Shown: piece by piece, positions 8,082-16,891 of the stretch | How the letters are laid out: every line of letters begins with the position of its first letter | How positions within the stretch are numbered: position 1 is the first letter of the stretch | Assembly (NCBI GenBank): GCA_964612275.1 | Contig: CAZTES010000001.1 | Span: 22,633-86,632, forward strand | Length of the DNA stretch: 64,000 bases | From: an uncultured Rikenellaceae bacterium | Lineage (GTDB): Bacteria > Bacteroidota > Bacteroidia > Bacteroidales > VadinHA17 | Direction: 5' to 3' | Notes under the pieces: generated by a model | Told to the model about the DNA's origin: nothing | The model's database searches: none | What the model saw: only the letters and a program-made list of their open reading frames with translations | Position numbers and translations under genes: made by a program

Positions 8082-10295
8082 ATGGAATTGGACATTAAAA
8101 CGGATATCAGGCTGTTTTTCAAGGGAATATTAAACAGTTATTCGCAGGTTTTTTTCTCTGAACATAAGCTGTTTGCCCTGATCCTTCTCGTGATCACGTT
8201 CATTGATGTGGTTGCTGGTTTCTGTGGCTTATTCTCTGTTTTAATTACAATAGCTGCTGGTTATATCATCGGGCTGGATAAAAACAAAATCTCCCAGGGT
8301 ATTTATGGCTTTAACAGCCTTCTTGTCGGTTTGGGGCTGGGTATTTACTATGAAATGAATTTCTCCCTGATATTTATCTTGTTCCTGGCAGCTATACTTA
8401 CCCTTTTTCTGGCTGTTAGTTTTGAAGGAATTATCGGCAAATATGCCCTCCCCTATTTAAGTGTTCCCTTTATTTTTTCCTTTTGGCTGGTAAGCCTGGC
8501 AACATACCAGTTTGAGGCATTGGGAATAAGTGAGCGTGGTATTTACATGCTCAATGATCTGTTTGTTCTGGGTGGCAACAACCTGATTCAGGTTTATGAG
8601 TGGTGGAATGATCTTTCCATTCCTGAATCACTGCATACCTATTTTCTAGCTCTCGGAGCAATTTTCTTTCAGTTCAATGTGCTTGCCGGAATCATTATAT
8701 CCATCGGATTGCTTTATTACTCCAGAATTGCTTTTTCCCTGTCTCTGATTGGATTCTATTCTGCTTTTCTTTTCTATAAAATCATTGGTGCAAACCTTAC
8801 CGATTTACATTACAGCTATATTGGATTTAATTTTATTCTTACTGCAATTGCTGTTGGTGGATTTTTCGTCGTTCCTTCCCGTTTATCCTATGTCTGGACA
8901 ATTATTCTGATCCCGATTGTAGCCCTGTTGACCATTAGCCTGAATGCTATTTTTTATGACATATTTCATCTTCCGATCTATTCACTGCCCTTCAACATTG
9001 TGGTGTTAATGTTTCTTTATATTCTGAAGTTCCGTACACGCCAGAGTATCCATTTGCGGGAGGTGTTCATTCAGCAATACTCACCCGAAAAAAATCTCTA
9101 TTCCTTTCAGAATGATATCGTTCGTTTCAGACATAAATTAAAGACCCCTTTCAGACTGCCCTTCTGGGGAGAATGGACCATTTCGCAGGGACATGATGGT
9201 GAACATACCCATCAAGGTGATTGGAAACACGCCTGGGACTTTGTGATTACCGATGATGATGGAAATCAGTACAAAGGCAAAGGAAATGTTACGGAAGATT
9301 ATTTTTGTTTCAACAAGGAAGTGTTGGCTCCTGGGGATGGTATCGTTGAAACTATTGTTGATGGCATAGAAGACAACGACATTGGTGAAGTAAACCTGAA
9401 AGAAAACTGGGGCAACACCATCGTCATAAAACAAACCGATTTTCTCTTCTCAAAGCTCAGCCATCTTAAAAAGGACTCTATCTTGCATAAGGAAGGGGAT
9501 AAAATAAAACAGGGTGATGTGGTCGGGCGTGTTGGCAATAGTGGAAGATCGCCCTACCCACACCTCCATTTTCAATTCCAGTCTACTCCTTTTATCGGCT
9601 CCAAAACACTGGATTATCCATTCAGCTATTATATCGTCAATTCAGATAAAGGATATCAATTCTGTTCTTTCGATAAACCTGCTTTGCACGATCGGGTTTC
9701 CAATATCGATACCATGGATATTCTTAAAAATGCATTTCACTTCATTCCCGGAAGGAAATTTAAATTCGAGACTGTCCGTTCCGGTCAAAAGGAGGTTGTT
9801 GAATGGGAGGTATTTACAGACATGTATAATAATTCCTATATCAAATGTAAAAAAACAAATAGCATAGCTTATTTTGAATCGGACGGTTCCCTGCTTTATT
9901 TCCGTCATTTTGAGGGGAATAAATCGTCCCTTTTGTACTATTTATTTCTTGCTGCCTATAAGATCCAAATGGGATACTACCAGGGTCTGACGCTGAAGGA
10001 TCGCTTTCCGGTAAATCTTCTTTTTGGCAGAATTAACCTGTTTTTTCAGGATTTTGTTGCCCCCTTCCTGAGCTACCTCAATGCAAAATTTGAAATAGAA
10101 TACCGATCGATCGATAGTACACTGTCACCAACAAAAATCGAACTTGAATCCGTTGCCAGGAAATATTTCTTTTCAAAAAAACTGAATGAGACAAAATTTC
10201 ATATCGTGCTTGGTCCGTCGGGCATTGAGCAACTGGTTTACCATAAGAACAACAGAACCATTCGAGCAGTATGTATAAAAGAGGATTATTCATAG
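8082..10295 (+). CDS. Fusion protein: N-terminal urea-transporter-like (UT family) polytopic channel domain + M23 (LytM-type) metallopeptidase domain + ~230-aa C-terminal domain of unknown function
   Basis: Residues ~1-325 contain about ten hydrophobic segments by eye. They carry the duplicated UT signature (GIYGFNSLLVGLGLG and YIGFNFILTAIAVGG) and the N-terminal GILNSYSQVFF. Residues ~370-505 match M23 (VLAPGDGIV, WGNTIVIK, GDVVGRVGNSGRSPYPHLHFQ). The ORF-track start at 8073 is TTG; the first ATG is at 8082. Confidence 0.75.
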   Translation: MELDIKTDIRLFFKGILNSYSQVFFSEHKLFALILLVITFIDVVAGFCGLFSVLITIAAGYIIGLDKNKISQGIYGFNSLLVGLGLGIYYEMNFSLIFILFLAAILTLFLAVSFEGIIGKYALPYLSVPFIFSFWLVSLATYQFEALGISERGIYMLNDLFVLGGNNLIQVYEWWNDLSIPESLHTYFLALGAIFFQFNVLAGIIISIGLLYYSRIAFSLSLIGFYSAFLFYKIIGANLTDLHYSYIGFNFILTAIAVGGFFVVPSRLSYVWTIILIPIVALLTISLNAIFYDIFHLPIYSLPFNIVVLMFLYILKFRTRQSIHLREVFIQQYSPEKNLYSFQNDIVRFRHKLKTPFRLPFWGEWTISQGHDGEHTHQGDWKHAWDFVITDDDGNQYKGKGNVTEDYFCFNKEVLAPGDGIVETIVDGIEDNDIGEVNLKENWGNTIVIKQTDFLFSKLSHLKKDSILHKEGDKIKQGDVVGRVGNSGRSPYPHLHFQFQSTPFIGSKTLDYPFSYYIVNSDKGYQFCSFDKPALHDRVSNIDTMDILKNAFHFIPGRKFKFETVRSGQKEVVEWEVFTDMYNNSYIKCKKTNSIAYFESDGSLLYFRHFEGNKSSLLYYLFLAAYKIQMGYYQGLTLKDRFPVNLLFGRINLFFQDFVAPFLSYLNAKFEIEYRSIDSTLSPTKIELESVARKYFFSKKLNETKFHIVLGPSGIEQLVYHKNNRTIRAVCIKEDYS

Positions 10296-11635
10296 GATTT
10301 TTTTGGCTGGTCTCGCTGATCGGCTTCGGCCAGTTGTCTTCGAATTTTGTCTCGCTGGACAAGGCAACGTATGATTATTACCTGAAAAAAGATTGGGAAA
10401 ACCTTATAACATATGGTAAATGGGGGCTTCAAAACGGATTTGACTACTATTATTTGCGCATGAGATTGGGCATAGCATACTACGAACAAAAGAATTACAG
10501 AAAAGCCATTGCACATTTTCGTAAAGCCCTGGAATTCAACCCTAAAGAAACTACTGCTCTGGAATACCTTTATTATTCATACCTGTTTTCCGGAAGAAAA
10601 TCTGATGCATATGCCCTTGTCTCCAATTTCCCTCAATCCCTTAAAAACCACCTTCATTTGACTGATAAAACAGCGCTTACAGGGCTTTCAATCTATAACA
10701 CCTACCGTTGGAATCCAGATTATACGACCATCACATCCGGTTTTACCCTGCCCTGGGAACTTGTCGATGACGGCTGGCAGGCAATAGAAAAAAACCTGAA
10801 CTACTTTAATTTTCGGTTTGAACACCAACTCGGCAATAAGTTCTCTTTGCTGCATGGATACGGTTATTTAACCAAAATGCGGAATATGTTTGTCCAGAAT
10901 AATGTAAACACAATACCGTATATCAATGACCGTTTCAATCAGTATCAAATTTTTGTTTCAGGCAACCTGTCCGTTCATAGAAGCATCAGCCTGAAACTAA
11001 CCATTCATTATATTAACCTGAGGCCAAAAACATATGAATCATCATCCTGGGGTGGTGGTCTTTTTTCAAATAGTGACTATGCCACGGTTTCGCCTCAAAA
11101 CAACTGGGTGGGTTACTTATCCGGCAACCTGGATCTGGGATTATTTACTTTTCATGGCGGCCTGGGTTATTCAAACCTGAACAACCGGTATCAATTTCAA
11201 AAAGACTTCATGCTGAGTTTTTTTCCCCTGGGTAATCTGAATTTATACAGCGTGACAAAAATCTCTCACCAATCCAACTATTATCAGTCGCTGGTCTATA
11301 ATGACCATTTTGTTTTTGACCAAACACTGGGATTCAAGACGTTTAATCCACTTTGGGTGGAATTGTATGCAACCTGGGGAGAATTATCAAATTTTTCCGT
11401 TCTGGACGGGACGGTTATTTATAACGATATCAACCCGATACAATATAAATTTGGATTAAATTTGCTGATTCCCTTAAGTGAAAAAGGCATTGAATTATCA
11501 ATACTTTACGAATACATGGGGTCGGAAAGCAGATATTTTACAGACTCGGGAGAATCGCTTGATATAAACAATGCTATTCATCATTCTGTTCATTCAATAA
11601 CTGGAGGTATAAAATGGAACATATCAAAAAAATGA
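10271..11635 (+). CDS. Secreted TPR-domain protein fused to a putative outer-membrane beta-barrel
   Basis: Signal-like N-terminus (MYKRGLFIGFFWLVSLIGFGQ) and TPR-like repeats (LGIAYYEQKNYRKAIAHFRKALEFNP). About 330 aa of alternating aromatic/polar strand-like sequence follow. It overlaps the upstream gene by 25 nt. Confidence 0.55.
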   Translation: MYKRGLFIGFFWLVSLIGFGQLSSNFVSLDKATYDYYLKKDWENLITYGKWGLQNGFDYYYLRMRLGIAYYEQKNYRKAIAHFRKALEFNPKETTALEYLYYSYLFSGRKSDAYALVSNFPQSLKNHLHLTDKTALTGLSIYNTYRWNPDYTTITSGFTLPWELVDDGWQAIEKNLNYFNFRFEHQLGNKFSLLHGYGYLTKMRNMFVQNNVNTIPYINDRFNQYQIFVSGNLSVHRSISLKLTIHYINLRPKTYESSSWGGGLFSNSDYATVSPQNNWVGYLSGNLDLGLFTFHGGLGYSNLNNRYQFQKDFMLSFFPLGNLNLYSVTKISHQSNYYQSLVYNDHFVFDQTLGFKTFNPLWVELYATWGELSNFSVLDGTVIYNDINPIQYKFGLNLLIPLSEKGIELSILYEYMGSESRYFTDSGESLDINNAIHHSVHSITGGIKWNISKK

Positions 11636-12243
11636 AAACGTTTGTTGTGACCCTCTTCATCCTGTTTACATTTCATCACACACAGGGCCAGGATGTGTCA
11701 AAAACCATCAGTGCATTTCAGCAAAGTTACATTCATGAAGCATCGGGTGATTTCCAGGAATCAATGAATGTTCTGAAAGAGGTGTACGATGAAAAGTCAT
11801 ATGAAATCAATCTTCGCCTTGGTTGGCTGGCTTATCTTTCTGGATTGTTTTCTGAATCTATTGCTTTCTATAACAAATCAATCTCCCTGATGCCCTACTC
11901 TATCGAAGCCCGGTTTGGTATCGTCTATCCTGCTTCTGCTCTGGGCAACTGGAATATGGTAATCAACCAGTATGAGAAAATTTTGGAAATAAATCCCAAC
12001 AATTCCATCGCCAACCACCGCCTGGGTCTTATCTATTATGGCAAAGAGAATTTTGATGTAGCCTATACATACTTTGAAAAAGTTGTTAATCTCTATCCGT
12101 TTGATTATGACGCTTTGATCATGTTTGCATGGACCAACTACAAATTAAACAAACTGCGAGAGGCAAAAATTTTGTTTCAAAAATCGTTAATGCATACTCC
12201 CGGAGGATCATCAGCACTTGAAGGTTTGGAGTTAATTAAATAG
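11632..12243 (+). CDS. Secreted TPR-repeat protein
   Basis: The start at 11632 gives an ATGA overlap with the upstream stop and a clean signal peptide (MKTFVVTLFILFTFHHTQGQ). The ORF track offers 11614. TPR-like repeats run throughout (e.g. NHRLGLIYYGKENFDVAYTYFEKVVNLYP). Confidence 0.6.
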   Translation: MKTFVVTLFILFTFHHTQGQDVSKTISAFQQSYIHEASGDFQESMNVLKEVYDEKSYEINLRLGWLAYLSGLFSESIAFYNKSISLMPYSIEARFGIVYPASALGNWNMVINQYEKILEINPNNSIANHRLGLIYYGKENFDVAYTYFEKVVNLYPFDYDALIMFAWTNYKLNKLREAKILFQKSLMHTPGGSSALEGLELIK

Positions 12244-12346
12244 TCCGCCTTCCATTCTTTCCATCCCTTGGATTATGTTCATGGCATAATTACAAAATAT
12301 ATGTAGCTTTGAAACGTTTTATAAGTAAACCTAATCACCCGTTACG

Positions 12347-13252
12347 ATGGTGCTGAATGATAAGAATAAAACAGTTCAGGTGAACCCTAAACCCCGGGGT
12401 AAAAATATTGCCTTGTTGGTTACTGCTATTATCGTGCTTGCTGTTAGTCTTGCTGTTATAATCTTTTTCTATTTTGACCAGAAAGATAAAATGGCAGAGA
12501 TGGAGTTTGTCCTGACCGAAGAAAAAGATTCCCTCACTAGAGAGCTTCAAAATCTTATTTATGAATATGACACCCTGAAAACATCCAACGACAGTTTGAA
12601 CCTGAAACTCCAGGAGGAACAAAATAAAATCAATATGCTCCTTCGGGTTCAGGCTTCCAATGTACAGAAGATCACACTGTATAAAAAGGAACTAAGCACT
12701 CTCCGCCAGGTTATGAAAAGCTATATCGTGCAGATTGATTCACTGAATACCTTAAACAAAGAGCTTGCGGCAGAAAACATACAGGTTAAACATGACCTTC
12801 AAACTGTGCAAAAGGATAAGGAGGAACTTTCCCAGATCAAAGAAGAACTTTCTGAAAAGGTCGAAATGGCTTCGGTCATTCTTGCTAAAAATATCGTGGC
12901 AACACCCATTAATGCGCGGGGCAGAGAAAAGGACAAAATTCAAAAGGTGGATAAAATTAAAATATGCTTCCTGTTAAGAGAGAATCCGATTGTTCAAGCC
13001 GGTAAAAAGGATGTGTATATGCGTATCGTAAGACCGGATGACCTGATACTTGCCGAATCCCCGGATAATCTTTTTGAATTTGAGGGAGAACAATATATCT
13101 TTTCCGCAAAACGAACCGTAGAATACCTTAACCAGGACATTGAAATGTGTATCTATTGGAATAATAATGGCGATTTAATTCCTGGAAAATATACTGTCAA
13201 TCTCTACCTTGAAGGAAATCAAATTGGTTCCACTGTATTTAATCTCAAATAG
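12347..13252 (+). CDS. Membrane-anchored coiled-coil protein, function unknown
   Basis: One N-terminal TM helix (IALLVTAIIVLAVSLAVIIFFYF), a ~150-aa heptad-rich segment, and a beta-rich C-terminal domain. Confidence 0.55.
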   Translation: MVLNDKNKTVQVNPKPRGKNIALLVTAIIVLAVSLAVIIFFYFDQKDKMAEMEFVLTEEKDSLTRELQNLIYEYDTLKTSNDSLNLKLQEEQNKINMLLRVQASNVQKITLYKKELSTLRQVMKSYIVQIDSLNTLNKELAAENIQVKHDLQTVQKDKEELSQIKEELSEKVEMASVILAKNIVATPINARGREKDKIQKVDKIKICFLLRENPIVQAGKKDVYMRIVRPDDLILAESPDNLFEFEGEQYIFSAKRTVEYLNQDIEMCIYWNNNGDLIPGKYTVNLYLEGNQIGSTVFNLK

Positions 13253-13275
13253 CCCGCGCTATAACAGTACTCCTC

Positions 13276-14406
13276 TTATTCTATCATCAGCAACTCAGAA
13301 ATAATGTTATCTGATATAAATTGCCCCTGTTGTGTTAAAATCAGGCATTCCTCTTTTCTCTCCAACATACCATAATCGATAAACCGTGTTGATAATGACA
13401 CACAGTAATCCCTTGCCTCTTTACTAAAGGCTTCTTCAATATATTTAAGATCTGCTCCCCACATGGTGCGTAAAGAGGTCAGAATATACTCATTATACCG
13501 TGTCTTCGGGTCCAGTATCTCCTTTTTACACGGCATTTTATTTCTGGCTATTCCTTCAATATATTTATCGTTATCAGAAACATTCCATTGTCTGCTGATT
13601 CCATTAAAGCTATGTGCTGACGGACCGATCCCCAGGTATTTTTTCTTTTTCCAGTAGTTTGTGTTGTGTTTTGAAAAAAAACCATCCTTGCAGAAATTGG
13701 ATATTTCATAATGTAAAAATCCATGGTTTTCCAACGTGTTTATCAGCGTCCTGAACTGTTCAATACTCTCCTCCTCATCCATAAGATTTAATGTTCCTTT
13801 TTTAAGAAAGCTGGCAAATTTTGTTCCGGGTTCTATGGTTAAATGATACGCAGAAATATGCTGGACTGGCATTTTAAGGGCTGTATTGATGCTCTTTTCC
13901 CAAAATGTGCTGTCTGTTCCGGGAATCCCATACATCAGGTCAATGCCGATGTTTTCAAAACCAGCATCCACCGATTTTTTAATGGCATCCAATGATTGTT
14001 CGGCTGTATGCCTTCTGTTCAAGATATTCAACTCTTCATTGAAAAATGACTGTACTCCTATACTAATCCTGTTTATCCCGTTTCTTTTTAACACGGTCAA
14101 ATAATCAGAATGTAAATCATCCGGATTGACTTCAATGGTTAGTTCAACCTCGTTATCTACCGTGTAATATTTTTTAACCTCCTCGTATAAGGAAAGTATT
14201 TGTTCTGTCGATAATACACTCGGCGTTCCTCCACCAAAATAAACCGTTTCTATCAACTCTCTGTCAAGGTAGTTTTCCTGCAATGTGATTTCCTTCCTCA
14301 TTGCATCCACCATGATGCTTGCTTTGTCTGATAAAAGTTCTTTGTGAAAATCGCAATAATGGCAAATCTGTTTACAGAAAGGAATATGGATATAGATGCC
14401 CGCCAT
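13276..14406 (-). CDS. hemW: Radical SAM heme chaperone HemW (oxygen-independent coproporphyrinogen oxidase-like)
   Basis: The N-terminal sequence IYIHIPFCKQICHYCDF contains the CxxxCxxC radical-SAM motif. Length (376 aa) and HemN_C-like tail fit HemW. Confidence 0.9.
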   Translation of the reverse strand: MAGIYIHIPFCKQICHYCDFHKELLSDKASIMVDAMRKEITLQENYLDRELIETVYFGGGTPSVLSTEQILSLYEEVKKYYTVDNEVELTIEVNPDDLHSDYLTVLKRNGINRISIGVQSFFNEELNILNRRHTAEQSLDAIKKSVDAGFENIGIDLMYGIPGTDSTFWEKSINTALKMPVQHISAYHLTIEPGTKFASFLKKGTLNLMDEEESIEQFRTLINTLENHGFLHYEISNFCKDGFFSKHNTNYWKKKKYLGIGPSAHSFNGISRQWNVSDNDKYIEGIARNKMPCKKEILDPKTRYNEYILTSLRTMWGADLKYIEEAFSKEARDYCVSLSTRFIDYGMLERKEECLILTQQGQFISDNIISELLMIE

Positions 14407-14457
14407 GCGGTAATATGTTTTTCAACGCGTTAAAACTTTCCGGATGAGTAAGGATCG

Positions 14458-14898
14458 CTAAATCACTATCTCTTTGTATTTCTTTATATCCCTAACAATG
14501 CTTCCAATGGTCTCTTTTTCAAATAAATCCTTTAGCTTATTCCGTATGGGGGCTAATTTTCTGTGCATCGTACAGGTGGTTTTCCCATTTTCAAAATCCT
14601 TACAGCTGACATTATTTATCAAACACATCTTAAACAGATCTTCGCCATCGATGATTAATACGATATCCAGCAAGGAAATGTTATCCGGCTCTTTTCCTAA
14701 TCCAAAACCTCCATGCGGTCCTTTTGTTGAACTCAATAATTTTTGTTTCGCCAAGGATTGTAATATCTTTCCAAGAAATGGTGTTGGGATATTCAGGTCT
14801 CTTGAAATCTTTTTTATCCCTATCTTTTTATCATTCCTGGTATTCATCGCCAGGTAAATAACTGCGCGGATCCCGTATTTACATGTGTTTGACAACAT
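14458..14898 (-). CDS. Rrf2-family transcriptional regulator (probable Fe-S binding)
   Basis: The N-terminal wHTH CKYGIRAVIYLA...ISRDLNIPTPFLGKILQSL is typical of Rrf2/IscR. There is a C-terminal three-Cys cluster (MCLINNVSCKDFENGKTTC). Confidence 0.85.
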   Translation of the reverse strand: MLSNTCKYGIRAVIYLAMNTRNDKKIGIKKISRDLNIPTPFLGKILQSLAKQKLLSSTKGPHGGFGLGKEPDNISLLDIVLIIDGEDLFKMCLINNVSCKDFENGKTTCTMHRKLAPIRNKLKDLFEKETIGSIVRDIKKYKEIVI

Positions 14899-14922
14899 GG
14901 AAAATAACTTTGAATATCCTGA

Positions 14923-15360
14923 TTAAATGTTCTTTAACGGAATTTTTTTTATTCTTCTATCATGTCGCCCACCATCGAAAGTTGTTTTTAAGAATATTTC
15001 GATAATGACAATGGCTTCTTCAATTGATAGAAACCTCCCCGGCAAAGCACATATGTTTGCATTATTATGTGCCCTTGCCAGTTCTGATATCTCCCCGTTC
15101 CAACATAATGCAGAGCGAATCCCCTGATGCTTGTTTGCTGTCATGTTAATTCCGTTCCCGCTGCCACAGATGCTAATACCAAAATCGAATTCTCCGCCTT
15201 CGATTGCTTTTGCTAATGTGTGCGCAAAATCGGGATAGTCAACACTTTCATTTGAATCTGTTCCAAAATCTTTTACTGTGTGTCGCTCCTTTAACAAATG
15301 CTTTATAAGCCCTTCTTTTAAATAGTAACCTGCATGATCTGAGGTAATTGCCAATTTCAT
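14923..15360 (-). CDS. rpiB: Ribose-5-phosphate isomerase B
   Basis: MKLAITSDHAGYYLKEGL..., CGSGNGINMTANKHQGIRSALC. The ORF-track N-terminal extension to 15480 is unlikely; Met-41 gives the canonical RpiB N-terminus. Confidence 0.9.
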   Translation of the reverse strand: MKLAITSDHAGYYLKEGLIKHLLKERHTVKDFGTDSNESVDYPDFAHTLAKAIEGGEFDFGISICGSGNGINMTANKHQGIRSALCWNGEISELARAHNNANICALPGRFLSIEEAIVIIEIFLKTTFDGGRHDRRIKKIPLKNI

Positions 15361-15852
15361 ATTTGTAAATATTAAACCTACTTTATACCAAAAGTAATAA
15401 AATAAATTAATTTCGTATCCAAATATATTTTTTGAGATTTCCTGGTTATATTGAATGAATCCTTCTTCTGATTGATTCAATATGTTCTTAATTTTTTGTT
15501 CAATAACGGTTAATTTCTTTATTATAATGATTGAAAAATATATTTTTATTTTTCACCTGTCCATTCAAGTAATATTTTTTTAGAATTTTCAAAATTTATT
15601 TTTCAAATTTCAATACCAAATATTCCACACTATATAAACAGCTTTTCTCGTTAAAAGCATAAAGATTTTATTAATTACATACTTTCTTAACACCCGTTAA
15701 TTGGATATATAATTTACTCTTTTTCAATTCTTTTTTTGGTGTATTGCTGTTCATAAAGTGTTTTTATTTTTTTAATTTCAAATTTTCCAATCATATGGAT
15801 AATTTTTTGTACACAAAGTGAACAGAATAATATTATCATATATATTTATTTA

Positions 15853-15870
15853 TAATATATTAATATATTA
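15853..15870. promoter_or_regulatory. Perfect 18-bp palindrome TAATATATTAATATATTA, 2 nt upstream of the nadA ATG
   Basis: Read directly from the sequence; it is self-complementary over all 18 nt. It is also low-complexity AT sequence, so its significance is uncertain. Confidence 0.3.
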
Positions 15871-15872
15871 TT

Positions 15873-16871
15873 ATGGTTGTTAAAAAAGAGGAGATTATAA
15901 AGGATGGATTTGTCAATGCACAAATTGAAGAGGGCATTGATATCGTAGCTGAAATAAAAGCATTACAAAAAGAAAAGGATGCAATTATCTTAGCACATTT
16001 CTACCAACAGGGCAATATACAGGACATAGCGGATTTTGTTGGTGACAGCTTGGCATTAGCACAACAGGCGGCTAAGACAGAAGCAAAGATGATTGTTTTT
16101 GCAGGTGTGCATTTCATGGGTGAAACGGCAAAAATTCTATCCCCGGATAAGAAGGTTTTATTGCCTGACCTGAATGCAGGTTGTTCACTGGCTGAATCTT
16201 GTCCGCCTGAAGAGTTTGCTGCATTTAAAGAAAAGCATCCTGATCACATTGTGGTTTCATACGTTAATGCAACGGCAGAAATAAAAACATTGAGTGATAT
16301 AGTGTGTACATCATCAAATGCGGTGAAGGTTGTAGAATCGATTCCAAAAGAGAAGAAGATTATATTTGCCCCGGATAAAAACCTGGGTAAATATGTATCC
16401 AGGGTTACCGGAAGGAAAATGGAGTTATGGGATGGAGGGTGTCATGTACATGAAGCATTTTCATTAGAAAGAATATTGGAAATAAAGAAGAAGTATCCGG
16501 ATGCAAAACTGGTTGCACATCCGGAATGTGACGAAAAGATACTATTCATTGCTGATCATATAGGATCAACAGCATCTCTGCTTGCGTTCACTACGAAAGA
16601 TACTAATGATCAATACATTGTAGCAACTGATTCTGGAATTATTCATCAGATGAAAAAGAAGAGACCTGAAAAACATTTTATTCCAGCCCCTCCTGAAGAG
16701 ATCAATTGTGATCATAGTGATTGCAATTTCATGAGGCTCATAACACTGGAGAAGATATACAATACATTGCGTTATGAAGTTCCTGAAATTTTATTGGATG
16801 AGGAAATACGAAAGAGAGCTGAAAAATCAATTCTTAGAATGATGGAAATATCAGAAAAACTTGGATTATAA
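15873..16871 (+). CDS. nadA: Quinolinate synthase A
   Basis: ILAHFYQQGNIQDIADFVGDSLALA, VFAGVHFMGETAKIL, and the Cys contexts LNAGCSLA and GGCHVHE typical of NadA. Confidence 0.9.
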   Translation: MVVKKEEIIKDGFVNAQIEEGIDIVAEIKALQKEKDAIILAHFYQQGNIQDIADFVGDSLALAQQAAKTEAKMIVFAGVHFMGETAKILSPDKKVLLPDLNAGCSLAESCPPEEFAAFKEKHPDHIVVSYVNATAEIKTLSDIVCTSSNAVKVVESIPKEKKIIFAPDKNLGKYVSRVTGRKMELWDGGCHVHEAFSLERILEIKKKYPDAKLVAHPECDEKILFIADHIGSTASLLAFTTKDTNDQYIVATDSGIIHQMKKKRPEKHFIPAPPEEINCDHSDCNFMRLITLEKIYNTLRYEVPEILLDEEIRKRAEKSILRMMEISEKLGL

Positions 16872-16891
16872 AATGGATAAAGGAAAAGACA

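Noticed and set aside
15481-15872. NAD+-sensing riboswitch upstream of nadA
   Set aside because: The region is almost pure AT with no GC-supported helices that I could find. Known nadA-motif RNAs are reported from a different phylum. Only the palindrome observation is kept.
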